64,000 bases of DNA, taken from contig JAFGCD010000070.1 in assembly GCA_016932835.1 (NCBI GenBank), positions 1,248 through 65,247 of the forward strand, written 5' to 3'. Origin of the DNA: Sedimentisphaerales bacterium (GTDB lineage Bacteria; Planctomycetota; Phycisphaerae; Sedimentisphaerales; Anaerobacaceae). Position numbers and translations under genes: made by a program. The notes below the pieces were generated by a model. The model saw only the letters and a list, made by a program, of their open reading frames with translations, made no database searches and had not been told where the DNA came from. Positions 35,783 through 44,885 of the stretch are shown here, piece by piece. Numbering within the stretch: the stretch's first letter is position 1; each line of letters starts with the position of its first letter.

Positions 35783-36283
35783 TTATTCGGTTGCAGAAAA
35801 GGCCTTATGAAATTGCACAACGCCTTTGGGGATTCTGCCGCCAAAGGGCAAAGCCAGAAGGTTCTCATGTGGAACGCCTTCATGTTGTATTCCGTCAGGA
35901 TTGTTAAAGCCAAAGCGTTTATAAAAGTTGGGATCGCCGACAAGAATGCACCCTTGGGCCCCTGACTGCTTTAACAAATTCAAACCCTTTTTGACCAGCT
36001 CTGTTCCGACCCCCTGTTTCTGGCAGTCGGGCAGGACAGAGATTGGGCCAAGACCATACCAATTCTCACTTCCATCTGAAAAAGTTACAGGCGAAAAGGC
36101 TATGTGGCCCACTAATTTGCCGTCAAGTTCCGCGACAAGTGAAATAGTCAGCGCATTGGCGACTCGTAAACCATTTATAATGAATTGTTCCGTGTTTTTA
36201 CTATACGGATGATTTTCGAAAGCAGCTTTGGTGACGTCGGATATTGCTTCACAATCTGATTCGATTTCATTACGGATAATCAT
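35783..36283 (-). CDS. GNAT family N-acetyltransferase (YhbS-like)
   Basis: GNAT motif A: LPDCQKQGVGTELVKKGLNLLKQSGAQGCILVGDPNFYKRFGF. Preceded by the typical ...LVAELDGKLVGHIAFSPV beta-strand pair. 166 aa. Confidence 0.85.
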   Translation of the reverse strand: MIIRNEIESDCEAISDVTKAAFENHPYSKNTEQFIINGLRVANALTISLVAELDGKLVGHIAFSPVTFSDGSENWYGLGPISVLPDCQKQGVGTELVKKGLNLLKQSGAQGCILVGDPNFYKRFGFNNPDGIQHEGVPHENLLALPFGGRIPKGVVQFHKAFSATE

Positions 36284-36587
36284 GGACTTAGTTCCTATTG
36301 ATGCGGCAGGTACTCATTGTCGGCAGGTGTGCCGCAGGCATTGTAAATCATTCATTCTTGTATTACATTATATGTTTCATAATTCCTTGTCGCCAGACTT
36401 TTTGCCTCCTTCCTCGGCATGGCTGTGGTCCTCTTGTGGCCGCCGTTGACAAGAATCTTTGTCGAACCACAATCGAGCGGGGATTATTTTTAGGATAGAC
36501 TTCTCCTCATAGGTTTACAGGATTGAAGATTGAGTCTTCTTGTGATATTGTACGGGCTAATTGTTGGGTATGATTTGCGTGAGAACT

Positions 36588-38396
36588 ATGAAAGTAATAC
36601 GTCTTAGCTTATTGTTGTTGTTTCTATGTCTGGGTGAACCTGCGGCCGCAGAAGGTCCTCCTGTAATTGCATTATCCTCAGGTTCAACGGACTCGACTGG
36701 AAGAAAGCTTTTCCCTCAAATAACCGACGGTATCTACAATTCATCCAGCCGTTTAACAATGAACTGTCAAATTGCCTCTGACGGCTTGACGGTGACTGAC
36801 ACCGCCTGGAATAAGTACAATCCGCAGCAGGGCAAAGGCAAACGGTGGAGTTTTAACCAGACCCCTTACTCAAACGAACCCCTGGTAAACTATAGATTCG
36901 ATGATAAATTCGCAGGGTTACAGGTCACGATAAATGTAGAGATATATAATTTATCCAAACCCTGGGAAGTATCGGAAAGCTATCAGGAAATACTGCAGCT
37001 TGGAGGAAAAGTCAAAGCTGAGCTTCCGGGCTGGTTCAGAGTTCCTCTGAATCGGTTGGCCTATGATTTTGATGAAGGGACGTGGTTCCCATCGGGTTGG
37101 GATTTGCCGAAGAAGAAATTCGCCTGCTGGGAGGGAGCGGCAAAATACAGGCAGACAGACCGCAAAGGAAGGCATCCGATGCTGGATTTCGGCTTTACCC
37201 ACGTTGCCGAGAATACAATATCCGCAGGCGGACACGTTCCCGACAAGAAGCATCAGTGCAGGGTATTCGGCGACGCCGAATGGCTGGATATGTCCAGAGG
37301 CGGCGACCAAAGCCTCTGGCACAACGACGGCTGGAAACATCGTGGCCAGCGGATGGAGATCGTCATCCCTGATTTCGAAAACGCCGACCACTGGAGGTGG
37401 AACCAGCAGCAGTTCGATAAATTCCGTGAATTAGTGACCGACTTCAAGTTAGAAAGGCCTGACTGTCTCTTAGGATGCTGGGGAGTCGGGGTAGTTAATC
37501 ATTCATTACGGATTTTCGATCATATCGATTCAAATGGGCGGCCAACAGGAGTAGTCAATCTTGCCGCGGCAGAGCAGTGGGCGGATAAATACAGTAATCC
37601 GGGACCGGAGTTGAACAGGATATTTGATTACTGTGGATTGAATTTCGGCAATCCGAGCGTTTACTGGCTTAACGGCGGCAATCCGGCACATCTATATGCC
37701 GTTGTTCAGGAATGGGAAGTGGGCAAGCTTGCGCGTCCCGAAATCCCCAATGTCATATCGACATGGATTCAGACGGAATTCGTGGATGGGTATCCCTTGT
37801 CAACCTATCGCTTCCAAACCCCGGGCGGCAAATATCAATGCAGAGGTATCAAGCACCAGGCTCCTCCTTCGCTGGTCTATGCAATGTCTTTATTTGCTCA
37901 TTGCCGGATGGACGGCGCTTACTGCTGGGAAACGGGGAATATCTACTCGGAAGATGCTGCCGATGCAGGCGAGCCCGGTGAAGGAGGAATGCAGATGCCG
38001 GTGCGACGCTCTTTCAATGGGGTCGGCAAGAACGTTTACTACTACATCAAATATTTCGGGTTCTATAACTATCATGTTCTTGGGATGTGGCAGGCGAGCC
38101 GGAATAAAGACATAATCGAAGCTGATACCCGGTGGTTTATGCCTGAGCTGTTTACTTCAAACGGGAAAGTATGGAGGACCGGGAAACACCGATACCCCAG
38201 CTACTGCAATTATTACAAAGAGCCGCTGGTCAGGGCAAAGTACAGCAGGGATAAAAGTGAGTTGCTGGTAATAGCCTGTAATCCGCATAATCGCGGTATT
38301 CAGCAGGTCCGTATTCGAGAGCCGCAGTCCGGTAGAGAAGTGGCCTTTGAGCTAACAGGTGATTATCCCGTAATAAAAAGGGTTGCCGTGTTTTGA
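36588..38396 (+). CDS. Secreted hypothetical protein (602 aa), candidate carbohydrate-active enzyme
   Basis: The ATG at 36588 gives the signal peptide MKVIRLSLLLLFLCLGEPAAAEG. I recognise no domain. It is Trp/Tyr-rich like glycan-binding proteins and lies immediately upstream (25 nt) of and codirectional with GH43. It is visibly AT-richer than the flanking genes. Confidence 0.7.
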   Translation: MKVIRLSLLLLFLCLGEPAAAEGPPVIALSSGSTDSTGRKLFPQITDGIYNSSSRLTMNCQIASDGLTVTDTAWNKYNPQQGKGKRWSFNQTPYSNEPLVNYRFDDKFAGLQVTINVEIYNLSKPWEVSESYQEILQLGGKVKAELPGWFRVPLNRLAYDFDEGTWFPSGWDLPKKKFACWEGAAKYRQTDRKGRHPMLDFGFTHVAENTISAGGHVPDKKHQCRVFGDAEWLDMSRGGDQSLWHNDGWKHRGQRMEIVIPDFENADHWRWNQQQFDKFRELVTDFKLERPDCLLGCWGVGVVNHSLRIFDHIDSNGRPTGVVNLAAAEQWADKYSNPGPELNRIFDYCGLNFGNPSVYWLNGGNPAHLYAVVQEWEVGKLARPEIPNVISTWIQTEFVDGYPLSTYRFQTPGGKYQCRGIKHQAPPSLVYAMSLFAHCRMDGAYCWETGNIYSEDAADAGEPGEGGMQMPVRRSFNGVGKNVYYYIKYFGFYNYHVLGMWQASRNKDIIEADTRWFMPELFTSNGKVWRTGKHRYPSYCNYYKEPLVRAKYSRDKSELLVIACNPHNRGIQQVRIREPQSGREVAFELTGDYPVIKRVAVF

Positions 38397-38421
38397 GTGA
38401 ATAAGACAGGTGGAGTTACAA

Positions 38422-39441
38422 ATGCGCAATAGAATCGATTCGGTGTCATATAGTTTTCTGCAAATATGTTTCTGGTTCGGTTTGTTCTGTGGGCTTGTTC
38501 AGGCGAGTCCAGCTTCCGCCGAGCAGGCCGAGAAGGTGACTTCAGGAAATCCCGTCTTTCCCGGCTGGTATGCGGACCCGGAGGGTGTCGTCTTCGGGGA
38601 TACCTATTGGATCTACCCGACCACCTCGGCCCGGTATCATAAACAGCTTTACTTCGATTGCTTTTCGTCGCCGGATCTCGTGCACTGGACCAAGCATCAG
38701 CGCGTGTTGGACAGTTCGCACGTTAGTTGGGCCAGGCGGGCCATGTGGGCGCCTTCGGTGGTTGAGAAAGATGGCCGGTACTTTTTCTTTTTCGGCGCCA
38801 ATGACATTCAGAATAACAGTGAACCCGGCGGCATTGGCGTTGCGGTTGCCGAGAATCCGGCTGGGCCGTTTCATGACTATCTGGGCAAACCGCTGATCGA
38901 CAAGTTCCACAATGGCGCACAGCCGATCGACCAGTTCGTGTTCAAGGATCATGGGCAATACTACATTGTCTATGGGGGCTGGCGGCACTGCAATATTGCC
39001 AAACTCAATGACGATTTCACCGGGTTCGTTCCTTTTTCCGACGGAGTGACCTATCGTGAGATAACACCTGAGAGCTATGTGGAAGGCCCTGTGATGTTCC
39101 GGCGCAAGGGTAAGCTTTATTTTATGTGGTCCGAGGGCGGGTGGACGGGCCCGAATTACTCAGTGGCTTACGCCGTCGCGGATTCTCCCCTTGGTCCGTT
39201 CAAGCGGATTGGAAAGATTCTGCAGCAGGATGCCGGGATTGCGACCGGCGCCGGACATAACTCGGTTATCAATGTCCCCGGTTCGGACAATTGGTTCATC
39301 GTTTACCACCGTCGTCCCCTCGGCGAGACAGACCGCGATCATCGTGTCACCTGCATTGACCGGATGGAGTTCAATGGCGACGGTACGATAAAGCCCGTTA
39401 TACTGACAAAGGAGGGGGTCTCGGCCGTGCAGACGCGATAG
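38422..39441 (+). CDS. Glycoside hydrolase family 43 (arabinofuranosidase/xylosidase-like)
   Basis: GH43 five-bladed propeller motifs: NPVFPGWYADPEGVVFGDTYWIY, MWAPSVVEKDGRYFFFF, IDQFVFKDHGQYYIVYG, YVEGPVMFRRKGKLYFMWSEG. I chose the ATG at 38422 (GGTGGAG upstream); the ORF-track start at 38410 is GTG. Confidence 0.9.
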   Translation: MRNRIDSVSYSFLQICFWFGLFCGLVQASPASAEQAEKVTSGNPVFPGWYADPEGVVFGDTYWIYPTTSARYHKQLYFDCFSSPDLVHWTKHQRVLDSSHVSWARRAMWAPSVVEKDGRYFFFFGANDIQNNSEPGGIGVAVAENPAGPFHDYLGKPLIDKFHNGAQPIDQFVFKDHGQYYIVYGGWRHCNIAKLNDDFTGFVPFSDGVTYREITPESYVEGPVMFRRKGKLYFMWSEGGWTGPNYSVAYAVADSPLGPFKRIGKILQQDAGIATGAGHNSVINVPGSDNWFIVYHRRPLGETDRDHRVTCIDRMEFNGDGTIKPVILTKEGVSAVQTR

Positions 39442-39504
39442 GTTGACTCCGGCAGGAAATAGAATGCCTGAGATAATTGAGCAGGAAAACGATATGGAGG
39501 TAAT

Positions 39505-40674
39505 ATGAATCGCTTTGTCGACAAAACCGGTATTAGATATTTCGCATTTCTGCTCATTATTCTTGCAGGCGTATCTCCATGCCGCGCCTTGAGCATTGTC
39601 ACAGGTCCTTATCTCCAGAATCCATCCGGTACTTCGATGACCGTGATGTGGATCACGGACCGCAAATGCACAAGCTGGGTGGAATATGGAGCGGGCGACA
39701 GCCTTGACCAAAGAGCTTTCAACAGTCGGCATGGGTTGATAGATGCCGATCAGACTATTCATAGAGTTACTATCGAAGGTCTTTCCCCAGGCAAAAAGTA
39801 CGCCTATAGAATCTGCTCGAAGGAAATTTTGAAGTTCGAGCCGTATAAAGTCGCATACGGGCAGACCGTTGCCGGAGATGTTCACACTTTCAAGACATTG
39901 TGCGGGAATCGGGAGAGTATATCATTCATCGTTCTCAACGATATACACGAGCGGGATGATATGTTCGAGACTCTGATGAAGCTCGCGGCAGCCGATCCCT
40001 ACGATCTCGTATTTCTCAACGGCGATATACTGGGCCACATCGAGGATGAGCCGCAGATCATCGACCATGTTCTAAGACCCTGTTTCGAATTCTTCGCAAG
40101 AGAAATTCCATTTGTTTACGTCCGTGGAAACCATGAGACCAGGGGTAAATTTGCCCGCATGCTTCCGGACTATGTGACAACGCCCGGCGGCAGATATTAC
40201 TACTCGTTCGATCACGGCCCCGTGCATTTTATTGTGATGGATAGCGGTGAGGATAAGGACGACACCAGCAAGGAATACAGCGGCCTGGCGGATTTTGACC
40301 GCTATCGGGACGAACAAACAATGTGGCTGGAGAGGGAGATCCGGACGAAGGCAAGCAGGAAGGCGCCGTTCAGGATAGTCCTGGTTCATATGCCTCACAG
40401 GCAATCGAAAGATTGGCACGGCATAGATGATCTGTATAACAAGTGGAGGCCGCTATTCAACAAGGGCAAAATCGACCTGATGATATCGGGACATACGCAC
40501 CGGTATGCTGTGGTGGAACCGGAAGAGAAGGTTCATAATTATCCCGTCATAATAGGAGGCGGCCCCGGGGTCGGCGAGGCGACCGTCATTCGGGTAAATG
40601 CCGAGCACGGCAAGCTCGAAGTCACTATGACCAGAGACGACGGCGAGATTGTGGGCAGGTATGAGTCGGACTGA
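39505..40674 (+). CDS. Purple-acid-phosphatase-like metallophosphoesterase
   Basis: N-terminal FN3-like PAP domain (GPYLQNPSGTSMTVMWIT...HRVTIEGLSPGKKYAYRI). This is followed by the metallophosphoesterase motifs LNDIHE, LNGDILGH, VRGNHE, VLVHMP and ISGHTHRY. Confidence 0.8.
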   Translation: MNRFVDKTGIRYFAFLLIILAGVSPCRALSIVTGPYLQNPSGTSMTVMWITDRKCTSWVEYGAGDSLDQRAFNSRHGLIDADQTIHRVTIEGLSPGKKYAYRICSKEILKFEPYKVAYGQTVAGDVHTFKTLCGNRESISFIVLNDIHERDDMFETLMKLAAADPYDLVFLNGDILGHIEDEPQIIDHVLRPCFEFFAREIPFVYVRGNHETRGKFARMLPDYVTTPGGRYYYSFDHGPVHFIVMDSGEDKDDTSKEYSGLADFDRYRDEQTMWLEREIRTKASRKAPFRIVLVHMPHRQSKDWHGIDDLYNKWRPLFNKGKIDLMISGHTHRYAVVEPEEKVHNYPVIIGGGPGVGEATVIRVNAEHGKLEVTMTRDDGEIVGRYESD

Positions 40675-40731
40675 TACCCGCCTGATCTGCAACCAGGTCG
40701 AGTTGCCTTGGCTGAGCCCGGCATAAATATG

Positions 40732-40756
40732 CCGCCGGGTTGTCCGGGGCGGTTTT
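40732..40756 (+). terminator. Candidate terminator/attenuator hairpin between the phosphoesterase and GH36 genes
   Basis: CCGCCGG-GTTGT-CCGG(GG)CGG followed by TTTT. The stem is imperfect, with a 2-nt bulge. Confidence 0.3.
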
Positions 40757-40788
40757 CAACTCAAGGTCGGATGAATGAAGGAGCGAAA

Positions 40789-43347
40789 ATGAGAAATATA
40801 GCAAGGTGTGCCGGGGGTATGATTGTGGGCGTTTTGTGTCTCCTTGCGAATAGTCAGGGGCGAAGTAGTGCGGGCGATATCCCTATCGAGGCGCCGAATG
40901 ACGCGGTTATGGCCAGCGCAGCGGAAGTGATGCAGATGAGCGAGTGGTCAGCTCGGTGTTTCGGCGCCAAGACGGATATGGGAGGAGCCGGTCGCGTCGA
41001 GGTGAAGGTCTTGCAGCAGGATTATAATGCGCTGGGTTTCGGGCGGTCTTGTATGGAGACACCGATCACGATCGGCGCTCGGCGGTTCGCGCACGGGCTG
41101 GGTACGCATGCGAACAGTCGAATCCTCGTGCACATTCCCCCAGGGGCCAGGCGTTTCGAGGCTATGGTCGGGATTGACAACAATTACGATACGCAAGGCA
41201 AACGCGGCAGCGTGATCTTTGCGGTTGAAATCGGCGGCGAAGAAGTGTATCGCAGCGCGGTGGTGCGGGGGCCTGATGAAGCGGCTGCGGTCGGCATCGA
41301 CATACCTGCCGAGGCCAAGGAGATTCTGCTAAAGGCAGAGACGACGGATGACGGCCCGTCGCACGACCATGCGGATTGGGCCGATGCGCGGTTTATCATG
41401 GAAGACGGAAGTTCGCTGTGGCTCGATGATAACCAGAGCGAGTTGCTCTTTGCAGACTCCGAGCCGCCTTTTTCGTTTGTTTACGGCGGCATCGAGTCTG
41501 CGCAGTTGCTCGGCGAATGGGAGCATACCTGCCGGGCAGTGACTTCCGATGGGCGGGCGGAGTATCGTGCGAAGTGGTCCGATCCGGCAACCGGGCTGGA
41601 GGTGACGGTTGTTGCGTCGATGTTCGAAGGTTATCCTGCGGTTGACTGGGTGGCGTATTTCGAGAACAAGGGGGATAAGGATACGCCGATTATCGAGGAT
41701 ATCCAGGCTCTGGATGTTCGGCTGCGAACGGGCCCTTCGAATCGCAGTGCGGTTGTTCACGGGCTTACGGGGGATATGTGTTCGGAGCAGTCGTGGCTGC
41801 CTACGGCGAGGGAATTGAGTCCGGGCAAAGAGATTCGGATATCGCCCGTTGGCGGGCGTTCATCAAACGGGGCGTTTGGCTTCTTCAATTTTGAGTACGG
41901 CGGGGCCGGATTTATTATGGGCATCGGCTGGTCGGGGCAGTGGGCGGCGAGGTTTGAGCGTTCGGCGACGGGGCCCAGCCGGGTCCGGGCGGGGATGGAG
42001 CGGACACATTTGGTGTTGCGTCCCGGCGAGCGGATTCGCAGTCCGAGGATTGTCGTGCTTGCATGGAAGGGCGAGAGGCATGCGGCGCACAACCGGTTTC
42101 GCAGACTGCTGCTTTTTCATTATGTTCCGAAAGAGGGTAAAAAGCCCGTTCGGCTTCCTACTTTTATGCAGTGCTTCGACCGATACAGTTGGACGAAACC
42201 GGGCTGGGCTACTGAGGCCGGGCAGTTGGAGGCGGCCGGGTGGGCTCATCGACTCGGTTTCGATTTTCACTGGTTCGATGCGGCATGGTTCGTGGGCGGG
42301 TTTCCCAACGGGGTTGGGAACTGGTACTGCAAGCCGAAGGAATTTCCCAATGGTTTGCGTCCGATCGGGGATGCGTGTCACAATATGGGCATAAAATTCG
42401 TCGTGTGGTTCGAGCCGGAACGCGTCGCCGCCGGGACGCAAATCGAGCGGGAACATCCGGAGTTTATCTTCACTGGAGAGAAAAACAGCTTGTTCAAGTT
42501 GAACGATCCCGTCGCTCGGCGGTGGATGGCCGAGCTTCTCTCTAAAAGGATAACCGAATTCGGAATGGACTGGTATCGCAATGATTTCAATATCGATCCT
42601 TTGCCGTTTTGGCGGAAGAACGATGCGCCGGACAGGCAGGGGATGACGGAAATTCGCTATGTCGAGGGGCTCTACGAACTCTGGGACGGATTACGTGAGA
42701 GAAATCCGGGTCTCTATATCGACAACTGCGCCAGCGGCGGCCGGCGGATTGATCTTGAGACATGTATGAGGAGCGTTCCGTTCTGGCGGAGTGACACGGG
42801 CTGTGCTCCCGGTCGCGCCGAGTGGGACCAGTCGCAGACGGCCGGGCTGAGCCTCTATCTTCCGCTGCACTGCTCTTGTGGATGGTCGCCGCAGTCGTAT
42901 GTCTTCCGAAGCGCGGCGACGGCGGGAATGATCGGGCAGTGGGATTACCTGGCCGATGACTTCGACGCCGATAGCGGCATGGCGGCATTGGCGGAGTTCC
43001 GCGAGAACCAGAAGTACTGGTACGGCGATTTCTATGCCCTGACGCCGTGCGATACGGGCGCCGAGAGATTCGTTGCATACCAGTTTCATCGGGCGGATTT
43101 GCATGCGGGGCTCGTTCTGGCGTTTCGGCGGGGCAAGTGCGCCGGCAGTCAGGCTGTTGTGCATCTGGAGGCTGTCGATTCGGATTTGAATTACTCGGTT
43201 GAATTCGTCGATGAGCAGCGGAACAAGGTGACGAAAACTATGGTCGGCGCCGAATTAGCGGCGAACCTTGCTTTGGCGGTGAAGGACCAGCCCGGCAGCC
43301 TGCTTGTGCGATACGAGCGATTGGCGGGGAATCTGCAGGGGAGATGA
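40789..43347 (+). CDS. NPCBM-domain plus GH36-family alpha-galactosidase-like hydrolase
   Basis: The ATG at 40789 has GAAGGAG upstream and gives the signal MRNIARCAGGMIVGVLCLLANSQG. NPCBM/NEW2-like block: FAHGLGTHANSRILVHIP...SVIFAVEIGGEEVYRS...HADWADARFI. GH36 catalytic-core motifs: FDAAWF...GNW, FPNGLRPIGDACHNMGIKFVVWFEPERV, WYRNDFNI, NCASGGRRIDLE...FWRSD. Confidence 0.85.
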   Translation: MRNIARCAGGMIVGVLCLLANSQGRSSAGDIPIEAPNDAVMASAAEVMQMSEWSARCFGAKTDMGGAGRVEVKVLQQDYNALGFGRSCMETPITIGARRFAHGLGTHANSRILVHIPPGARRFEAMVGIDNNYDTQGKRGSVIFAVEIGGEEVYRSAVVRGPDEAAAVGIDIPAEAKEILLKAETTDDGPSHDHADWADARFIMEDGSSLWLDDNQSELLFADSEPPFSFVYGGIESAQLLGEWEHTCRAVTSDGRAEYRAKWSDPATGLEVTVVASMFEGYPAVDWVAYFENKGDKDTPIIEDIQALDVRLRTGPSNRSAVVHGLTGDMCSEQSWLPTARELSPGKEIRISPVGGRSSNGAFGFFNFEYGGAGFIMGIGWSGQWAARFERSATGPSRVRAGMERTHLVLRPGERIRSPRIVVLAWKGERHAAHNRFRRLLLFHYVPKEGKKPVRLPTFMQCFDRYSWTKPGWATEAGQLEAAGWAHRLGFDFHWFDAAWFVGGFPNGVGNWYCKPKEFPNGLRPIGDACHNMGIKFVVWFEPERVAAGTQIEREHPEFIFTGEKNSLFKLNDPVARRWMAELLSKRITEFGMDWYRNDFNIDPLPFWRKNDAPDRQGMTEIRYVEGLYELWDGLRERNPGLYIDNCASGGRRIDLETCMRSVPFWRSDTGCAPGRAEWDQSQTAGLSLYLPLHCSCGWSPQSYVFRSAATAGMIGQWDYLADDFDADSGMAALAEFRENQKYWYGDFYALTPCDTGAERFVAYQFHRADLHAGLVLAFRRGKCAGSQAVVHLEAVDSDLNYSVEFVDEQRNKVTKTMVGAELAANLALAVKDQPGSLLVRYERLAGNLQGR

Positions 43348-43407
43348 CATTGTTGCGCAGGAGGGCGGTGAGATTGGAATAGAGCTTTGAGCCGGTGGAA
43401 ACTGCGG

Positions 43408-44841
43408 CTACTTGAAAGGCGGCGTGTATATCCTGATTGCCGCGATTGCGGGTTTGGCGGGGCCTTCGGCGATAAGTTCCAGGGTGTGGACGGTATTTTC
43501 GAGGTTCGAGGCAAGGATGGTGGGATATTCTTTCGCGGGATCGTCTGCATTCGGTGGCGCGTATCGGTCCGTGCCGAGCAATTCGACCGACCAGGTGACT
43601 TCGAATTGGTCGGGGGCGTTTTTCTTGCTTACGCTCTTGTCGTATTCGAAGACCCAGTCTTCCGGCTCAATAACTATTCTGCCCGAATTCGAGACGAACT
43701 TCTCGGTCGCTTTTCCTGCGCCGTCGGGTCCGGTGGCCGAGCCGGTGACAGTGAAATCGAAGTTTTTCTGGGCGTCGTCGAAATTGGAACAGACGGCTCG
43801 CCATGTTTCGAGGACGGGGGGCTTTTGGAATGTGAATTTCTTTACGGCGGGCCAGCGGATGTGGGGCGTTCCGGATGGTCGGGTGAAGGTGTAACATTCG
43901 GGGTGGTCGGAGGTCTTTCGGCCGTCGATGATGACGTCGGCTTTGCCGGCGGGTCCTTTGGCGGCGAGGGCGACGATTCGATTGCCTTCGAATTCGAGAG
44001 TGAGCTTGTTGCCTTGCCAATCGATGTCTTTTCCGACTACGTATGTCTTGACCATTCCCGCCCAGGAGTCTTTCGGCTCATCGCCCAGATATACAAGATA
44101 TCTTTTGAGCAGCTCTGCCATGAGCCATTTGCCCTGGTTGTTGAGGTGTACGCTGTCGGTAAGAAGGTCTTTCGGCTGGAGGTTATTGGCCTTGAGGTAA
44201 TCGACCCACTCCCATCTTTGCGGCTGCCATGAGCATTTGTATTTCTCGGCGACAGCGGGCAGGAGAAAGTAGTTCATCTTGTCGCCCCAGTCCTCTTGTT
44301 CGGTCCAGAAGTCGCCGGTGCACTTGGGTTGCGGCCAGGTGTTTGCATGGTCGGACTGCATTATGATTTCGGCGGTTGTGCGGGTTCGGATTTCGCGAAT
44401 TATATCTTCGTATTTGTCGTGGGCGCCGTAAACGTGAAAGACGAGCAGGTCCGGGTAGAACGGCATTACGTCGTAGTGCATGGTGCGGACGAGCAGTTGG
44501 GAGCTGAACCCGCCGATAGCCTTGTTTTCGATGACGAAGTCGGTATTGGGGAACCTTCTCCTGAGGTCATCGGCTACCATTGTGTGCCATTGCTGGCCGA
44601 CGATTGACTGGCCGTAGAAGAGTATTCGGACGGTATTTCTTTTCGTCGGGGTACTCGATTCCATCAGCGTCATAGATCGCTGGAAGTGCTTTCCATATTG
44701 GGAGGTATCCGTAGGCGGCGCCGGCGAGGGATAATCGGCGGCCAGGGCCGAAGCATTCAAAGCTATGACGGCCAGACATACAGAGAGCAGTTTTCTGACT
44801 ATAGATTTTCCGAGAGCGGTTCCGCCGATGTATCTTTTCAT
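43408..44841 (-). CDS. Secreted SGNH/GDSL-type esterase with a ~220-aa C-terminal extension
   Basis: Signal MKRYIGGTALGKSIVRKLLSVCLAVIALNASALA. SGNH blocks: I ILFYGQSIV (GQS in place of GDS), II NKAIGGFSS, III VYGAHD, V LTDSVHLNNQG. Confidence 0.7.
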   Translation of the reverse strand: MKRYIGGTALGKSIVRKLLSVCLAVIALNASALAADYPSPAPPTDTSQYGKHFQRSMTLMESSTPTKRNTVRILFYGQSIVGQQWHTMVADDLRRRFPNTDFVIENKAIGGFSSQLLVRTMHYDVMPFYPDLLVFHVYGAHDKYEDIIREIRTRTTAEIIMQSDHANTWPQPKCTGDFWTEQEDWGDKMNYFLLPAVAEKYKCSWQPQRWEWVDYLKANNLQPKDLLTDSVHLNNQGKWLMAELLKRYLVYLGDEPKDSWAGMVKTYVVGKDIDWQGNKLTLEFEGNRIVALAAKGPAGKADVIIDGRKTSDHPECYTFTRPSGTPHIRWPAVKKFTFQKPPVLETWRAVCSNFDDAQKNFDFTVTGSATGPDGAGKATEKFVSNSGRIVIEPEDWVFEYDKSVSKKNAPDQFEVTWSVELLGTDRYAPPNADDPAKEYPTILASNLENTVHTLELIAEGPAKPAIAAIRIYTPPFK

Positions 44842-44885
44842 CCGATGAATTCCTTAGATACAGTTTTACTCTTGCCGCAGCGCGG

